Source: Hemiscyllium ocellatum (Eukaryota). Taken from it: a DNA stretch of 64,000 nt. The stretch covers positions 84,820,042 to 84,884,041 of the forward strand of contig NC_083410.1 of NCBI RefSeq assembly GCF_020745735.1. The letters are read 5' to 3'. Under the pieces are notes generated by a model. The model saw only the letters and a program-made list of their open reading frames with translations. It was not told the origin of the DNA and did not search any database. Both the position numbers and the translations under genes were made by a program. Positions 51,490 to 64,000 of the stretch are shown piece after piece (position 1 is the first letter of the stretch; each line of letters begins with the position of its first letter).

Positions 51490-54462
51490 AGTCACAGAGA
51501 CAGAGAGATGTACAGCACAGAAACAAACCCATTGGTCCAACTTGTCCATGCTGACCAGATATCCCAACCTAATCTAGTCCCACTTGCCAGCACCTGGGTC
51601 CATATCCCTGCAAACCCTTTCTATTCATACACCCATCCAGATGCCTCTTAAATGTTGCAATTGTACCAGCCTCCACCACTTCCTCTGGCAGCTCATGACA
51701 TACACGCAACACCCTCTGCATAAAAACATTGCCCCTTACATCTCTTTTATATTTTTCCCCTCTCAACTTAAACCTATGCCCTGTTGTTCTAGTCTCTCTC
51801 ACCTCAGGGAAAAGATTTTGTCTATTATTTCTATCCATGACCCCCATGATTTTATAAACCTCTATAAAGGTAACCCCCGAGCCTCCGAAGCTCCAGGGAA
51901 AACACCCCCAGCCTGTTCAACCTCTCTCTATAGCTCAAATCATCCAACCCTGGCAACATTCTCGTAAATCTTTTCTGAACCCTTTCAATTTTCACAACAT
52001 CTTTCCGATAGGAAGGAGACCAAAATTGCATGCAATATTATAAAAGTGGCCTAACCAATATTGTGAACAGCCAGAACATGATCTCCCAACTCCTGTACTC
52101 AATACACTAACCAATAAAGGAAAGCATACCAAACACCTTCTTCACTATCCTACCTACCTGCAACTCTTCTTTCACGGAGGTATGTACCTGCACTCCAAGG
52201 TCTCTTTGTTCAGCAACACTCTGTAGGACCTTACTATTAGGTGTATGAGCCCTGCTAAGATTTGCTTTTCCATAATGCAACAGCTCGCATTTATCTAAAT
52301 TAAACTCCATCTGCCACTTCTCAGCCCACTGGCTCATCTGATCAAGATCCCGTTGTAATCAGAGGTAACTTTCTTCACTGTCTGCTACACCTCGAATTAT
52401 GGTGTCATCTGCAAACTTACTAACTATACCTCCTATGTTCACATCCAAATCATTTACATAAATGATGAAAAGTAGTGGATCCAGCACCAATCCCTGTGCC
52501 ACTCAGAGTCATTGATTCTTAGAGATGTACAGCATGGAAACAAACCCTTCAGTCCAACCCGTCCATGCCGACCAGATATCCCAACCCAATCTCGTCCCAC
52601 CTGCCAGCACCTGGCCCATATCCCTCCATACCCTTCCTATTCATATACCCATCCAAATGTCTCTTAAATGTTGCAATTGTACCAGCCTCCACCACTTGCT
52701 CCACCACTTCCATACACATATCACCCTCTGTGTGAAAAAGTTGCCCTTTTGGTCTCCTTTATGTCTTTCCCCTCTCACCCTAAACCTATGTCCTCTAGTT
52801 CTGAACTCCCTGATCCCAGGGAAAAGACTTTGTCTATTCACCCCCTCATAATTTTGTAAACCTCTATAAGATCACCCCTCAGCCTCCAACGCTCCAGGGA
52901 AAACAGCCCCAGCCTTTCAGCCTCTCCCTATAGCTCAGATCCTCCAACCCTGGAAACATCCTTGTAACTAATTTCTGAACCCTTTCAAGTTTCACAACAT
53001 CTTTCTGATAGGAAGAAGACCAGAAATGCACGCAATATTCCAACAGTGGCTGAACCAATGTCCTGTACAGCCGCAACATGACCTCCCAACTCCTGTACTC
53101 AATACTCTGACCAATAAAGGAAAGCATACCAAACACCTTCTTCACTATCCTATCTACCTGCGACTCCACTTTCAAAGAACTATGAACCTGCACTCCAAGG
53201 TCTCTTTGTTCAGCAACACTCCCTTGGACCTTACCATTAAGTGTATAAGTTTTGTTAAGATTTGCCTTCCCAAATGCAGCACCTCGCATTTATCCGAACT
53301 AAACTCCATCTGCCACTTCTCAGCCCATTGGTCCATCTGGTCCAGATCCTGTTGTAATCCGAGGTAACCCTCTTCGCTGTCCACTACACCTCCAATTTTG
53401 GTGTCATCAGCAAACTTACTAACTGTACCTGTCATGCTCGCATCCAAATCATTTAGGTAAATGACAAAACGTAGAGGACCCAGCACCGATCCTTGTGGCA
53501 CTCCACTGGTCACAGGCCTCCAGTCTGAAAAACAACCCTCAACCACCACCCTCAGTCTTCCACTTTTGAGCCAGTTCTGTATCCAAATGGCTAGTTCTCC
53601 CTGTATTCCATGAGATCTAACCTTGCTAACCAGTCTCTCATGAGGAACCTTGTTGAACGCCTTACTGAAGTCCATATAGATCACGTCCACCATTCTGCCC
53701 TCATCAATCTTCTTTGTTGCTTCTTTAAAAAACTCAATCAAGTTTGTAAGACATGATTTCCCATGCACAAAGCTATGTTGACTATCCCTAATCAGTCCCT
53801 GCCTTTCCAAATACGTGTAAGTCCTGTCCCTCAGGATTCCTTCCAACAACTTGCCCACCACCAACATCAGGCTCACCGGTCTATAATTCCTTGGCTTGTC
53901 CTTACCACCTTTCTTAAATAGTTGTACCCCGTTAGCCAACCTTCAGTCTTCCAAGCACCTCATCTGTGACAATCGACGATACAAAAGTATCTCAGCAAGA
54001 GGCCCAGCAATCACTTCCTTAGCTTTCCACAGAGTTTTAGAGTACATCTGATCAGGTCCTGAGGATTTATCCAACTTTATGCATTTAAAGACCACCAGCA
54101 CTTTCTCCTCTGTAATATGGACATTTTTCAAGACGTTGCCATCTAATTTCCCTACATTCTATATCTTCCATATCCTTCTCCACAGTAAACACTGATGCAA
54201 CATACTTGATTAAGTATCTTCCCCATCTCCTGCAGCTCCAGGCCACCTTGCTGATCTTTGAGGAGCCCTATTCTCTCTCTCATTATCTTTTTGCCCTTAA
54301 TGTATTTTTAAAACCGTTTGGATAGCCAAAGCTATCTTATGTCCACTTTTTGCCCTCCTGATTTTCTTCTTAAGTTTACCCCTACTGCACTTATTTCTCT
54401 AGTCATCCAGCATTCCTTACACCTACCAGCCTTTCTTTTCACCCTGACAGGAATATACTGTT
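51490..54462 (-). mobile_element. Two tandem CR1 copies (about 51490-52500 and 52505-54462) inserted in the LTR
   Basis: Two 3' tails; 255-aa RT ORF at 53172-53939, highly similar to 28223-29305. Confidence 0.9.
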
Positions 54463-54909
54463 TTAATTACACTGTTCTGAAAATACACAACACCCTAGTA
54501 AACAAATCCCTTTAAAACAGAGCAAAAATGAAACAAAAGGCTTACAGGTCAAAGTTAGAAGGGCAGAAGGAGAGAGCATCTAGCAGCCTGTTTCCACACA
54601 GCCCACAGCTGAACTGACTGAAACAAGACTTCAGCTTTTCGGACTGACCACTCCCCTTTCATTACACAGGTCACTTCTAAAACATAAAAGCTTTGGCCTA
54701 AAGTCTCATCTGTTCATGTATAAACAAAAGGTAAACTCTCAGTAAACTCTTCCATCTCTGTACTAGACCGGTTGTTTCGGAGCCTGGGCTGTTTTATGAT
54801 CGCACTGAAAAAAACCAAAGACCCAGTTTCCTTGAGAAAAAGAAGAGCTTTTAGAAAAAAGGACCAACTTTGTGACCACAATTAAATACATATTTTGGGT
54901 CTGTCTGCA

Positions 54910-56440
54910 AAATAACATTCAAAAGATGTTGGGGGACACAGGATCTAGTGAGTGGGAAGAACCGAATGAAATAGTGGAAATTTATGGGATTATAGATCAA
55001 TAAATTCCCAGAACCCAATAATCCACATTCCAGTGTACTTAAGGAAGTGGCCCTAGTTTTAGTAGTCAGCTTTCAAGATTCTATAGATCTGGAATAGTTC
55101 CAATGCATTGTAAGTACATAACCCCATTTTTAAAAAAATGTCGAGAAAAAACACAGGAAATTATAGACCAGTTAGCCTGACATTAGTAGTAAGGAAAATG
55201 CTAGAGTCCATGATAAAATACAAGAGCACTTTGAAAACAGTGAGAGGATTGGACAAAATCAATATGGATTTACGAAAGGAATATCATGCTTCACAAATTC
55301 ACTGGAATTTTGAGAGAACGTAACCAGGAGAGCTATAAGGGATAGCAGTAGATGTAATTTACGTAGACTTTCAGAAGGCTTTTGATAAGTTCCCACGGAA
55401 GAGATTAGCATGTAAAATCAAAACACATGGGTCTGGGGATGGTGGACTGACATGGATAGGAAAAAATGGTCATTTCCCAAGTGGCAGACAGTGACTAGGG
55501 GGGCAATGCAGGGATCAGTGCTTAGATTTCAGCTATTCACAACATATATTAATGATTTAGGTGAGATAACTATACATAAACCATAGGAGGACGCACAGAT
55601 GCATCAGTGTGATTTGGATGAGTTATGATAGTGGGGAAATACATGGCTGATGATGTATAATGTGAATAAATGTGAGGCTATATATTTCAGTAGCAAAAAC
55701 AGGGAGATTACTGTCTGAATGGTGATAGATTGAGAAAGGGGGAGGTGCATCAAGACCTGGATGTCCTTGTACACCAGTTGCTTAATGTAAACATGCAGGT
55801 GCAGCAGGTGGTGAAGAAGGCAAATGGTATGTTGGCTTCTAAAACAAGAGGATTTGAGTACAGGAGCGGAGATGTCTTCCTGCAATTGTACAGGGCCTTC
55901 GTGAGACCAAATATGGAACATAACGTGCGGTTTTGGTCTCTTACCTGAGAAAAGATGCCTTGGCCATGGAGGGAGTACAACAAAAGTTTACCAGACTGAC
56001 TCCTGGAATGGCAAGACTGATGTATGAAATTAGACTGGATCAGTTAGGACTATACTTGCTGACGTTTAGAAGAATGAAGGGGGTTCGAATAGGAAACTAT
56101 AAAATTCTAATAGGGTAGACAGGATAAATGCAGGAAGGATGTTCTGATGATCAGGGAATTCAGAACTTAGGGTCACAATATGGGGAAGAACATTGAGGAA
56201 GAGACATTTCTTCACCCAGAGAGTGATAGGCCTATGGAATTTTCTGCTACAGAAAGCAGTCAAGACCAAAACATTGAATATTTTCAAGAAAGTGTTACAT
56301 TCAGTTCTTAGGGCTAAAGAAATCAAAGGGTATGGGGAGAAAACAGGAACAAGGTACAGAGTTGGATGATCAGCCACGATCATATTGAATGACAGACCAG
56401 CTTGAAGGGCCAAATAGCCCACTGCCTGTATTTTCTATGT
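54910..56440 (+). mobile_element. Degenerate CR1 LINE
   Basis: GNYRPVSLT, DFQKAFDK and VRP.MEH motifs plus tail. Confidence 0.85.
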
Positions 56441-56739
56441 CATCTTCAAGAATTGCATATGGCCATCAAGGCTGCCAGAGACAAGGTAGCAGGCTTCATA
56501 ATTGATTTCCACTAAGTGTACAATATCACAAGTGGTTTCTTCAGGAGGGTGTAAGATGCCTGGGAAGCAGCCCAACAAAAGCTGACTCAAATGTTAGAGT
56601 TTTTCCCCTAAGCACCTTTTCAAGAAGGGACACTGGGTGACAAGGAATAAACACTGAAGACATTTCTAAAAATCTGTGAGGAAATAAAAACACAATGCAG
56701 AGAACAGATACAACAGGTGAAAACTCAAGTGACTACTGA

Positions 56740-56945
56740 ACTATTCAAAGGGCTTCTGAGTGTGCAGTTCTGAAGCCTGAATACATCTACTGGTGCTCTT
56801 CATGATATCTTAGCGAGGGTCTTGTGTATCATAGAGGGTTTTTGTGGTCTGCACAACCTGGCTCTACAGAGGAAAGAGCCATTGAACAATGGAGGTATTG
56901 TAGACCATGATGCTTCCTATTATGAGGATGTGGAGGAAGATGACA
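56740..56945 (+). mobile_element. Harbinger transposase C-terminal remnant
   Basis: GLL...F..L...G...II....LHNLALQR followed by an acidic stretch. Confidence 0.45.
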
Positions 56946-56987
56946 ACTAGTTGCCAGATTCTGCAAATTAAATCCTAGGGACCACTT

Positions 56988-57317
56988 AGAATCCCTACAG
57001 TATAAAGCAGACCACTCGGACTGTTACGTCCACACTGACCCTCCAAAGTGCATCCTACCTGGACCCACCCTTCCCTGTATATTTCCCATGGCTAATCCAC
57101 TTAGTCTGTACATCCCTAGACACTACAGACAATTTACCATGGCTAGTCCACCTAACCTGCACATCTTTGGACCATGGGCGGAAACTGGAACACCCAAGGA
57201 AACTGACACAGACACAGGAGGAATGTGCAAACTCCACACAGATGTGTTGCCCGAGAGCAGAATCAAACCCAGATCCCTGGCATTGTGAGGTAGCAATGCT
57301 AACCACTGAGCCACCAT
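56988..57317 (-). mobile_element. V-SINE, older HE1 subfamily
   Basis: tRNA head and central domain present; divergent tail. Confidence 0.8.
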
Positions 57318-58865
57318 ACTGTCTTCATATACAAGTTTCCATGAGATATGTGTATGAGAAGGTGGGATCACACTTATACAGGAATGTTTCACATGATACT
57401 CTCTAACAGATCCATATAATGCAATAAAGTGTGCACATTTTGTAGTCTGTTAGGGAAAAACAAATATATTAAAAGTAGGAATTGGCTGTTTGGCACCTCA
57501 AGCTTGTTCTGTCCTTCAATAGATCATAACTGAACTAATCTTAAACTCCTTTGTTCGTCAAGAAACAGGCCACCAATGCCTTATCATTTTCAACGACATC
57601 ATTTCTATTGCTCTCTGGGAAAGAGAGTCTCCTAATTTCTGTCATAAAAGGGCAGGCCCTTATTTTAATTGTACCCCACAAATGGTAACTCAGTGCCACT
57701 TCTTTAATTGATCTGACCATTTGCCTGCATTCATTGAGATATTGGTGCATTCCCAATGCCACTCCTAATCTCACATGGTGTGGGCCATTCCACTACACCC
57801 TTGAGAGAGTCAGGATATGCCTGTCATCTAACCACCCACCAGAAATGAAAGGACAGTTTTTGCCTTATTTATTTGAGAGCAAACAAAATGCAAGGCTGTG
57901 TGCTTTCACAAAAATATTGACCTACGAACCCCAAGTGCAACTAGGTTCTTCTTAAAACTCTTAATATGCGACATGAATTGTCAGCTCAGGCGGAGTCGGG
58001 CCGCTGCCCTTTGGCTGTTGCTGCTCAACTTCATGGAGTTGATGTTGGAATGGAGGTCTGTGTGGATACTGCTAGTGGTGTGCTGGACATCACTCTCCAT
58101 AAGTCACCAGTTGCTCAATGGAAGAACCCAGAAATATTGGCACTTATGGCCCAGATAATCTCTTCATTGTCCATGCAAGGGTGGCACACACCTTTGGAAG
58201 CTCTGCCAGCTCATTTCCTAACTCACACTATAACTCCAAAATCTGCAACCTGGCTGAGAACTATTCAGGCATTTCAGCATTCAGAGGCTCAGTATCATCC
58301 TGGCCTCCTTTAGTCCAGTAATCGTCAGTCTTTTCAGCTGCCAAAGCCTCCATCATTTGTTCAGGCACATTTGTGCTGTGCTCATCAGGTTGTGACCCCC
58401 AACAAAATGCGAGTTTGTGCTGTTATGCATGACATCACAGTGCACCTCTGTGGTGATGTCAGCCTCCATGGTCAGGGTAGGAAGGTACTGAGTGCAATTG
58501 CAAGTCTTGGCCCTTTCTTTGACATTGCACACAGTGACCTCCTGCAAGCTTATAAAAGAACATTATTAGTCCCCCCTGACAAAGCTGGTGGAAGCCAAAC
58601 TGTTCCTGATGGTACGGCAGGAATGGCTTCTTCAATATGTTCACTCAGATATAGGCTTTGTTGCTCCTTAGCCATTCACTGAGAGCTACCAAGCCTTTTG
58701 CAGGCAATGCTGCTATGTGTCCCATTGCCACTGAATAGGTTTGGCATTTCCTTTTCTAGCACTCTGATCCATATACATTGTATAAAGTTCAAATCTAATA
58801 TCTTACTGATCTAATACTTCAAACAAATGGGGATTTATCTTGGAAGTGTTTTCATCCACTTGGGA

Positions 58866-59205
58866 ACAAATAGGCAAAGTATTTTCCCTGGGATTGGGGA
58901 GTCCAGAACTAGGGGGCATAGGTTTAGGGTGAGAGGGGAAAGATATAAAAGAGACCTCTGGGGCAACTTTTTCACACAGAGGGTGCTACATGTATGGAAT
59001 GAGCTGCCAGAGGAAGTTGTGGAGGCTGGTACAATTACAACATTTAAGAGGCACCTGGATGGATATATGAATAGGAAGGGTTTGGAGGGATACGGGCCGA
59101 GTGCTGGAAGGTGGGACTAGATTGGGTTAGGATATCTGGTCGGCGGGCACAGGTTGAACCGAAGGGTCTGTTTCTATGCTGTACATCTCAATGACTCCAT
59201 GACTC
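58866..59205 (+). mobile_element. CR1 3' fragment
   Basis: RTRGHRFRVRG...FFTQRV..VWNELP plus tail. Confidence 0.9.
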
Positions 59206-59526
59206 TCCAAATATATTTATTTCCCTAAGATGTTTTTTTTTCCTGTTAACCATTATGTGTTATCACTCTTTATTAATGATTAGTTAATTGTTAATGATTA
59301 GTTCATTTAATCAATTCTCCAGGAATCTCGATACAGTTTCAGAACAGCTGGCTGTAAACCCATTGACTGGGGATGCGCTTAATGTAGTGACAAACTTAGC
59401 ACGTTTTAAAAATGCTCTTGTTCTGACATACCAATTAATACCAATCATGTACAAAAAAAATGCTTAAATTGGTAGAGCATCAAACTGTGTTTGATATCGT
59501 TTTCTGCACAACTCAATTAAATGTAC

Positions 59527-59735
59527 AGTAAAAACAGCAAATACTGGAATGCTCAGCAAGTCTGGTAACATTTGAAAAGAGAGAAACATCTTTTCTCAGA
59601 ACTGCCCATCAGTTCTGATGAAAGGCCACAGACCTGGAACGTAAACTTTTGTTTTTCTCTCCACTGATGCTGCCAGGTCTTTGTCAGCGCTTTCTGTTTT
59701 GATTTCAAATTTCCAGCATTGGTAGCATTTCGGCA
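59527..59735. mobile_element. Family-2 short element with hammerhead motif
   Basis: AGTT-CTGATGA-A-AGGCC-ACA-GACCT-GGAAC-GTA-AACT at 59611-59647 with a perfect stem I; inverted arm upstream. Confidence 0.7.
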
Positions 59736-59799
59736 TTTTAAACTTCCAACCAACTTGCTCTTTTAAAATTCACCTCCATCGTCAATTCAAATTAATTTC

Positions 59800-61314
59800 T
59801 CCAGAGACTCTGTTCCGCATGGCGAAATTGCTAACGGTTTGAGACGCTGCATTTTTTCTTCTTCTTGTGTATCCGTGCAACAATTCAAAACAATATGTGC
59901 TTTAGCTGAGCTAAATCGCTGCAACAAAACATCAACTGCCCAGCCATCTTTTGCCCCTAAAGGGGCGAACCAGAGCAACAGAGGACAGCTATTCCTTGGC
60001 AGATGAAAAGCCAAGGAATTCGGTGGTGTGGAATACTGGACTTAAAAATTGAGATGTACATCCGATTTCTCAAGTGAAGTTATTTGGACCACTTGTCGGT
60101 GTAAACTTTACCGCGCCAAATTTAACAATGATAGGCCAAGAGTTGTTCTGAGTGAACATGTAATATTAATAAAGTGATTGGAGTTAGAGATTTCCTCATT
60201 GTAACTGAAGGTTTCTGACCGAACACGGCGCTGGAGGATAGTTACTAGGCAAGTCAGCCAGAGGGGAGCTTAAATACACAAACGTCGACTCATCCCGTTT
60301 ACCGAGCAGTGGTGCTTTAACCTTAGCAACGCCCTTGGCGGTTAAATATATGCAAATGTCCTCCGCTGCATGGGATTTGTGGCAAGGTCTGCCATCAAAT
60401 TTGAGTTTTGGAAGATCATGCGGGTGGGGGAGGCTGGGGTGTGGGAAGCTCCATAAACGTCTAACATTGTCGGCGGTGGACCGTTCCCCTCCCTCATGGA
60501 CGGGCCAGCCCTCGCACAGAGGGTGGCTGATAATGATCTCAGATTTCATCTTCAGAGGAAGGGCTGCTTGCTGCAATGCCCTCCCAGGCATTCTCCGAGC
60601 CAGGTATGTGTGCATCCCCACTGGTTCGGAGCAGGCAGTGCGCACACCCGTACAGCAGCCTCTTTTTTTAAAAAAAAACACCCCCCCCCCCCCCAGCAGC
60701 GATGTCCGCAACGGCTTGAAAGAAAAACATGGGGCAGGATGAGAGGACAGGGAAAGGGAAACCGTGAAAGATTAATGTTAGCATTGCTCGGTCGGTTTGT
60801 GATCATCTCTGTTATTTCTTCAGGTGAACAAAGTCTCCTCCAGGTAATGTTGAAAAGAGAACAAAGGGTCTGCGCGCAGTTGGTCGTTTTGCAAACCCTC
60901 GGTGTGCGGGAGAGGCAGGGAAACCAAGGCGAAGCTGCACCAACCGGTCTAACAGGTACAAGGACTTGTTGACACCGTTATTTTCTCAGCACGCATGCGC
61001 CCTCCTAAATTTCCTGTTGTATTTTCAATTCCTGGAGCAAACTTTTTTTCCTGTTACGGCAAAGGTAGCTGGTCAGGTGAGAGTGGGGTTTAATCTGAAC
61101 CCCCTGTCTCTGCTCCCTATATATACATACACACACCAAACAGTGCGTTCAGAGAGATTAAGGAGCAAAACCGCCGGCTGTTTTTTTATGTGGAAAACAC
61201 CTGGAACTTGCTGAGGGAGGATCCGGTTCGGATGAAAAGGAAGGGGTCAGGTGGAAACAGGAGGGACTCCGGCTCCTTGTCTCCCCTCATCGCCGCCTGC
61301 CCGGTGCCTACACC
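59800..61314 (+). promoter_or_regulatory. OVOL2 CpG-rich promoter / 5' region
   Basis: CpG-rich unique sequence upstream of the OVOL2 ATG. TATATA at 61118-61123, CAGGTG/CACCTG E-boxes and CCGTTA motifs. Confidence 0.65.
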
Positions 61315-61414
61315 ATGCCCAGAGCTTTCCTGGTCAAAAGAAAAGAGCCTTACCCGGAGATCCGAGACTGGAATGAGCTGCCAGACGAAGAGAGAGCCGA
61401 CACCTACATACCAG
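61315..61414 (+). CDS. OVOL2: OVOL2 coding exon 1 (SNAG domain, MPRAFLVKRK...WNELPDEERADTYIP)
   Basis: SNAG motif plus W.ELPDE.RADTYIP, typical of OVOL2. Donor CAG|GTAGCA, phase 1. Synteny with PET117/KAT14 supports OVOL2 over OVOL1. Confidence 0.9.
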
Positions 61415-62204
61415 GTAGCAGGGAGAGTCTGAAAAGCGAACAGGTTAGACCAGGGTATGGAGGAGAGACAGAGGGAAGTTCAGAGAGTGGGAAGCAGAAA
61501 CTGGGAGGGGAGGACAGAAAAGTCTAAACAACTTTTTTTTAAAAAAATAAAGTCCCTTCTCTATGGGATCATAGGAAGGGGTTGTGTTCCACACGCAGTA
61601 CAAGGTGCAATCTCTGTCGAAAACTGAGAAGCAACGGACCAATTCATCCGCTCGCAAGGTTAAAAATCATCTTTTATATGGAGACACGCTTCCCTCTCCT
61701 GAGGAGGCACTATACTTTGAAAGGTCGTGTATTTTAGTTTAAAAGCATGCTCCCGGATTCAGGAATCCGGGGGGGGGGGGCAAACAAAAGATAGGCAGCA
61801 TGTGTTTGCATTACAGGGTGTACTCAGCGTTCCTCCTGATTCCATCAGTCATCAACCTGTTAGCAGCACCCAGGCAGGCTCCCAGGTTTCCGAGCGGGGC
61901 CTCGCTGCTACCTTTAGCTGCACCTTCCCAGTGTAAACATAACGGAACCCGAGCTCCGTCTCTCTCTTCCCACCACCGCTCTTGAGAAAGGGTATTATGT
62001 TGCATTCCTAACAGTCAAACGCTGATAAGACAGGCTCGCGGAGTCAGGCAACACCCCAAACTCAAACAAGCCAAGAAGGGAGGAAAAACAAAGTCTTAGT
62101 TCATTGTTTAAACTTGCCTAACACATGAGCTCCCCATCCATACACCCTGCTGGATGACCAGGCTATTGTGTAAAGTCTTTATTTTTTCTCTCTCTCTCTT
62201 TCAG

Positions 62205-62407
62205 TCAATTTGAGCTGCTTTCTGAGTTACGAAGAAGAAAGCAAGACCCAGGATCCACCACCCGGAACAACTGGTTTGGACAAACTGCTGAACGATTCAA
62301 GCGAGCCCCGCCTCCTCTACAAGACCGAACCGGACCAGGAGAATGCGGAGGAGCAAGTTCTGGCACCGGAATGCAAAAAGCGCAACGTCTTGCGAACGAA
62401 AATCAAG
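62205..62407 (+). CDS. OVOL2: OVOL2 coding exon 2 (VNLSCFLSYEEE...VLRTKIK)
   Basis: Acceptor (TC)nTTTCAG|TC and donor AAG|GTGAGC. Open frame that ends R.KIK as in Ovo-like proteins. Phases are consistent. Confidence 0.88.
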
Positions 62408-63354
62408 GTGAGCCGGCTCTGCTTAGACTCCGGTTAATCATTACAAGGCGAGATTAGCACAGAGAAAAACCACTTGGCCGGTGTACGGTACGAGACCCCG
62501 ATTGAGAGCTATTGGACATGTAGACGAACAGTTTGAGAAAAATTACATTCGCTGCCTACTTTAAATAGAATATAGCAAAAACATGGTCAGCAAAACGAAA
62601 TAGTATGATTCCAGTTTATACATTATTTTAACTACATTACAAACATGATTTCACGCCTGCATTATTTTAAATTCAACATAATGTACACATTGAAATCACT
62701 AAAATACACATTATTTCAGAATACATTAAATCAAGTGTAAAACAGTTATTTCAGATTATATTGTAACATATTGTGTGATAAACAAACATTACACTTTCAG
62801 ACACCATGTCTTTATACGTTATTTTTTCATGTTTAATTATTAACTTATGATGAGGCAGTATTTTGTATATAATGTACGTACTGTATGAAATTTAAAAGGC
62901 CATGTAAAATTTACATTGTTATTGTGCACTGCCACCCTACTTGATTGATAAACATACTAACGTAACAATCCTTCTTAAATATACGATTAACATAGAGAAT
63001 ATGGATACTAGTAGGGGTATCAACTTATTTGAAATATAACGTTGACTTTTTTTCAGGGGAAGATGATCAAAAACTATTCTAGTTGCACAGCATATATTAC
63101 TCTGGTATCCAAAAGTCTTATTGCTTGCGGTATGCAAATGTAGTCAAATCCAAAAGTATTCAGTCAGGTATAGTCTAAAATCTGGAACAACTTCGGCAAG
63201 GTCACAACTAACTTCGTTTTTATTTCGACTTTTATTTAGACAGTTATTTCAAAACTTCTGGGGCAAGGGAAGAACCCTATCGTGTTTTTTTTTTGTTAAG
63301 TGCCTTTAGGGTCGCTGTGTCTACGGGCGCTGCTGAATCTAACGGTGTGTCTAA

Positions 63355-63648
<294 letters not shown>

Positions 63649-63737
63649 TGAGCATGGTCAATAATTCGAATAGCAGACTGGCATCGGTTACGGTGCCAAG
63701 GAGAGAAATTGTTTCATAAATAAGAGATATTGCGTCA

Positions 63738-64000
63738 CACATTTAGAAACAGGCCCTACGGCCCATATCTGTGCTAGCTTACAAACTGCAAACTACACAA
63801 AATGGATTCATTTACCTGCACCTGGGCCATAGCCTACTGTGCGCTGGCGTTTTAAGTGCTCATCCAGGTGCATCTTCAAGTTTGTGAGAGTAGCTGCTTC
63901 CACCATCCCCTCAGGTAGCATGTTCCGTATGTCTACTGTTCTCTTGGTGAAAAATGCTTTCTCAGGTCTCCTGTAAATCACTTGCTCCTCAACTTAATCT
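63738..64000 (-). mobile_element. CR1 3' fragment in OVOL2 intron 3
   Basis: Reverse-complement CR1 tail (AAACAGGCCCT.CGGCCCA). Confidence 0.7.

Larger units (their letters stand above)
48330..54877 (-). mobile_element. Gmr1-like Ty3/gypsy LTR retrotransposon (5' LTR about 54877-50950, PBS, gag start, integrase, RT; RNase H/PPT end inverted)
   Basis: Minus-strand order: tRNA-Pro-like PBS TGGGGGCTC..CGGGAT (50946-50928), gag N-terminus (50850), integrase (LGVRKT, IDCTGPLP, STRFP, GPY), then RT (WSSPIVMVPK, CVDYRKVN, YIDDL, ITFLGH). The LTR is split by SINE and CR1 insertions. Confidence 0.85.

Noticed and set aside
60196-60972. ORFs of 135-171 aa upstream of OVOL2
   Set aside because: GC-rich promoter sequence spanning homopolymer runs; no recognisable domain.

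Overview
Eukaryotic vertebrate genomic DNA, almost certainly a cartilaginous fish (shark-type HE1/V-SINEs and abundant CR1 LINEs). It holds the syntenic OVOL2-PET117-KAT14 block. On the minus strand: PET117 (2 coding exons, 25659-25564 and 13707-13561, 80 aa). KAT14/CSRP2BP follows 212 nt later (coding exons 13348-13081 and 3252-3131; the gene continues past the left edge). On the plus strand, divergently: OVOL2 exons 1-3 (61315-63577; continues past the right edge). Most of the rest is transposon-derived: many CR1 fragments, an L1-clade copy with a 15-bp TSD, RTE and Penelope fragments, HE1 and Deu-type SINEs, Harbinger remnants, MITEs, and a rearranged Gmr1-type (integrase-before-RT) LTR retrotransposon. 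Main findings: (1) two families of short, often TSD-flanked, inverted-dimer retroelements built around minimal hammerhead-ribozyme motifs, plus a Penelope remnant with the same core; (2) a PET117/KAT14 junction with a polyA signal and two candidate acceptors that are in frame with PET117 exon 1, allowing a PET117-KAT14 fusion isoform; (3) a ZEB/Snail E-box and OVOL/GRHL motif cluster at the OVOL2 promoter; (4) duplicated RFX X-box-like palindromes at the PET117 promoter. All identifications come from reading the sequence and recalled family knowledge; no searches were run. Repeat boundaries are approximate.
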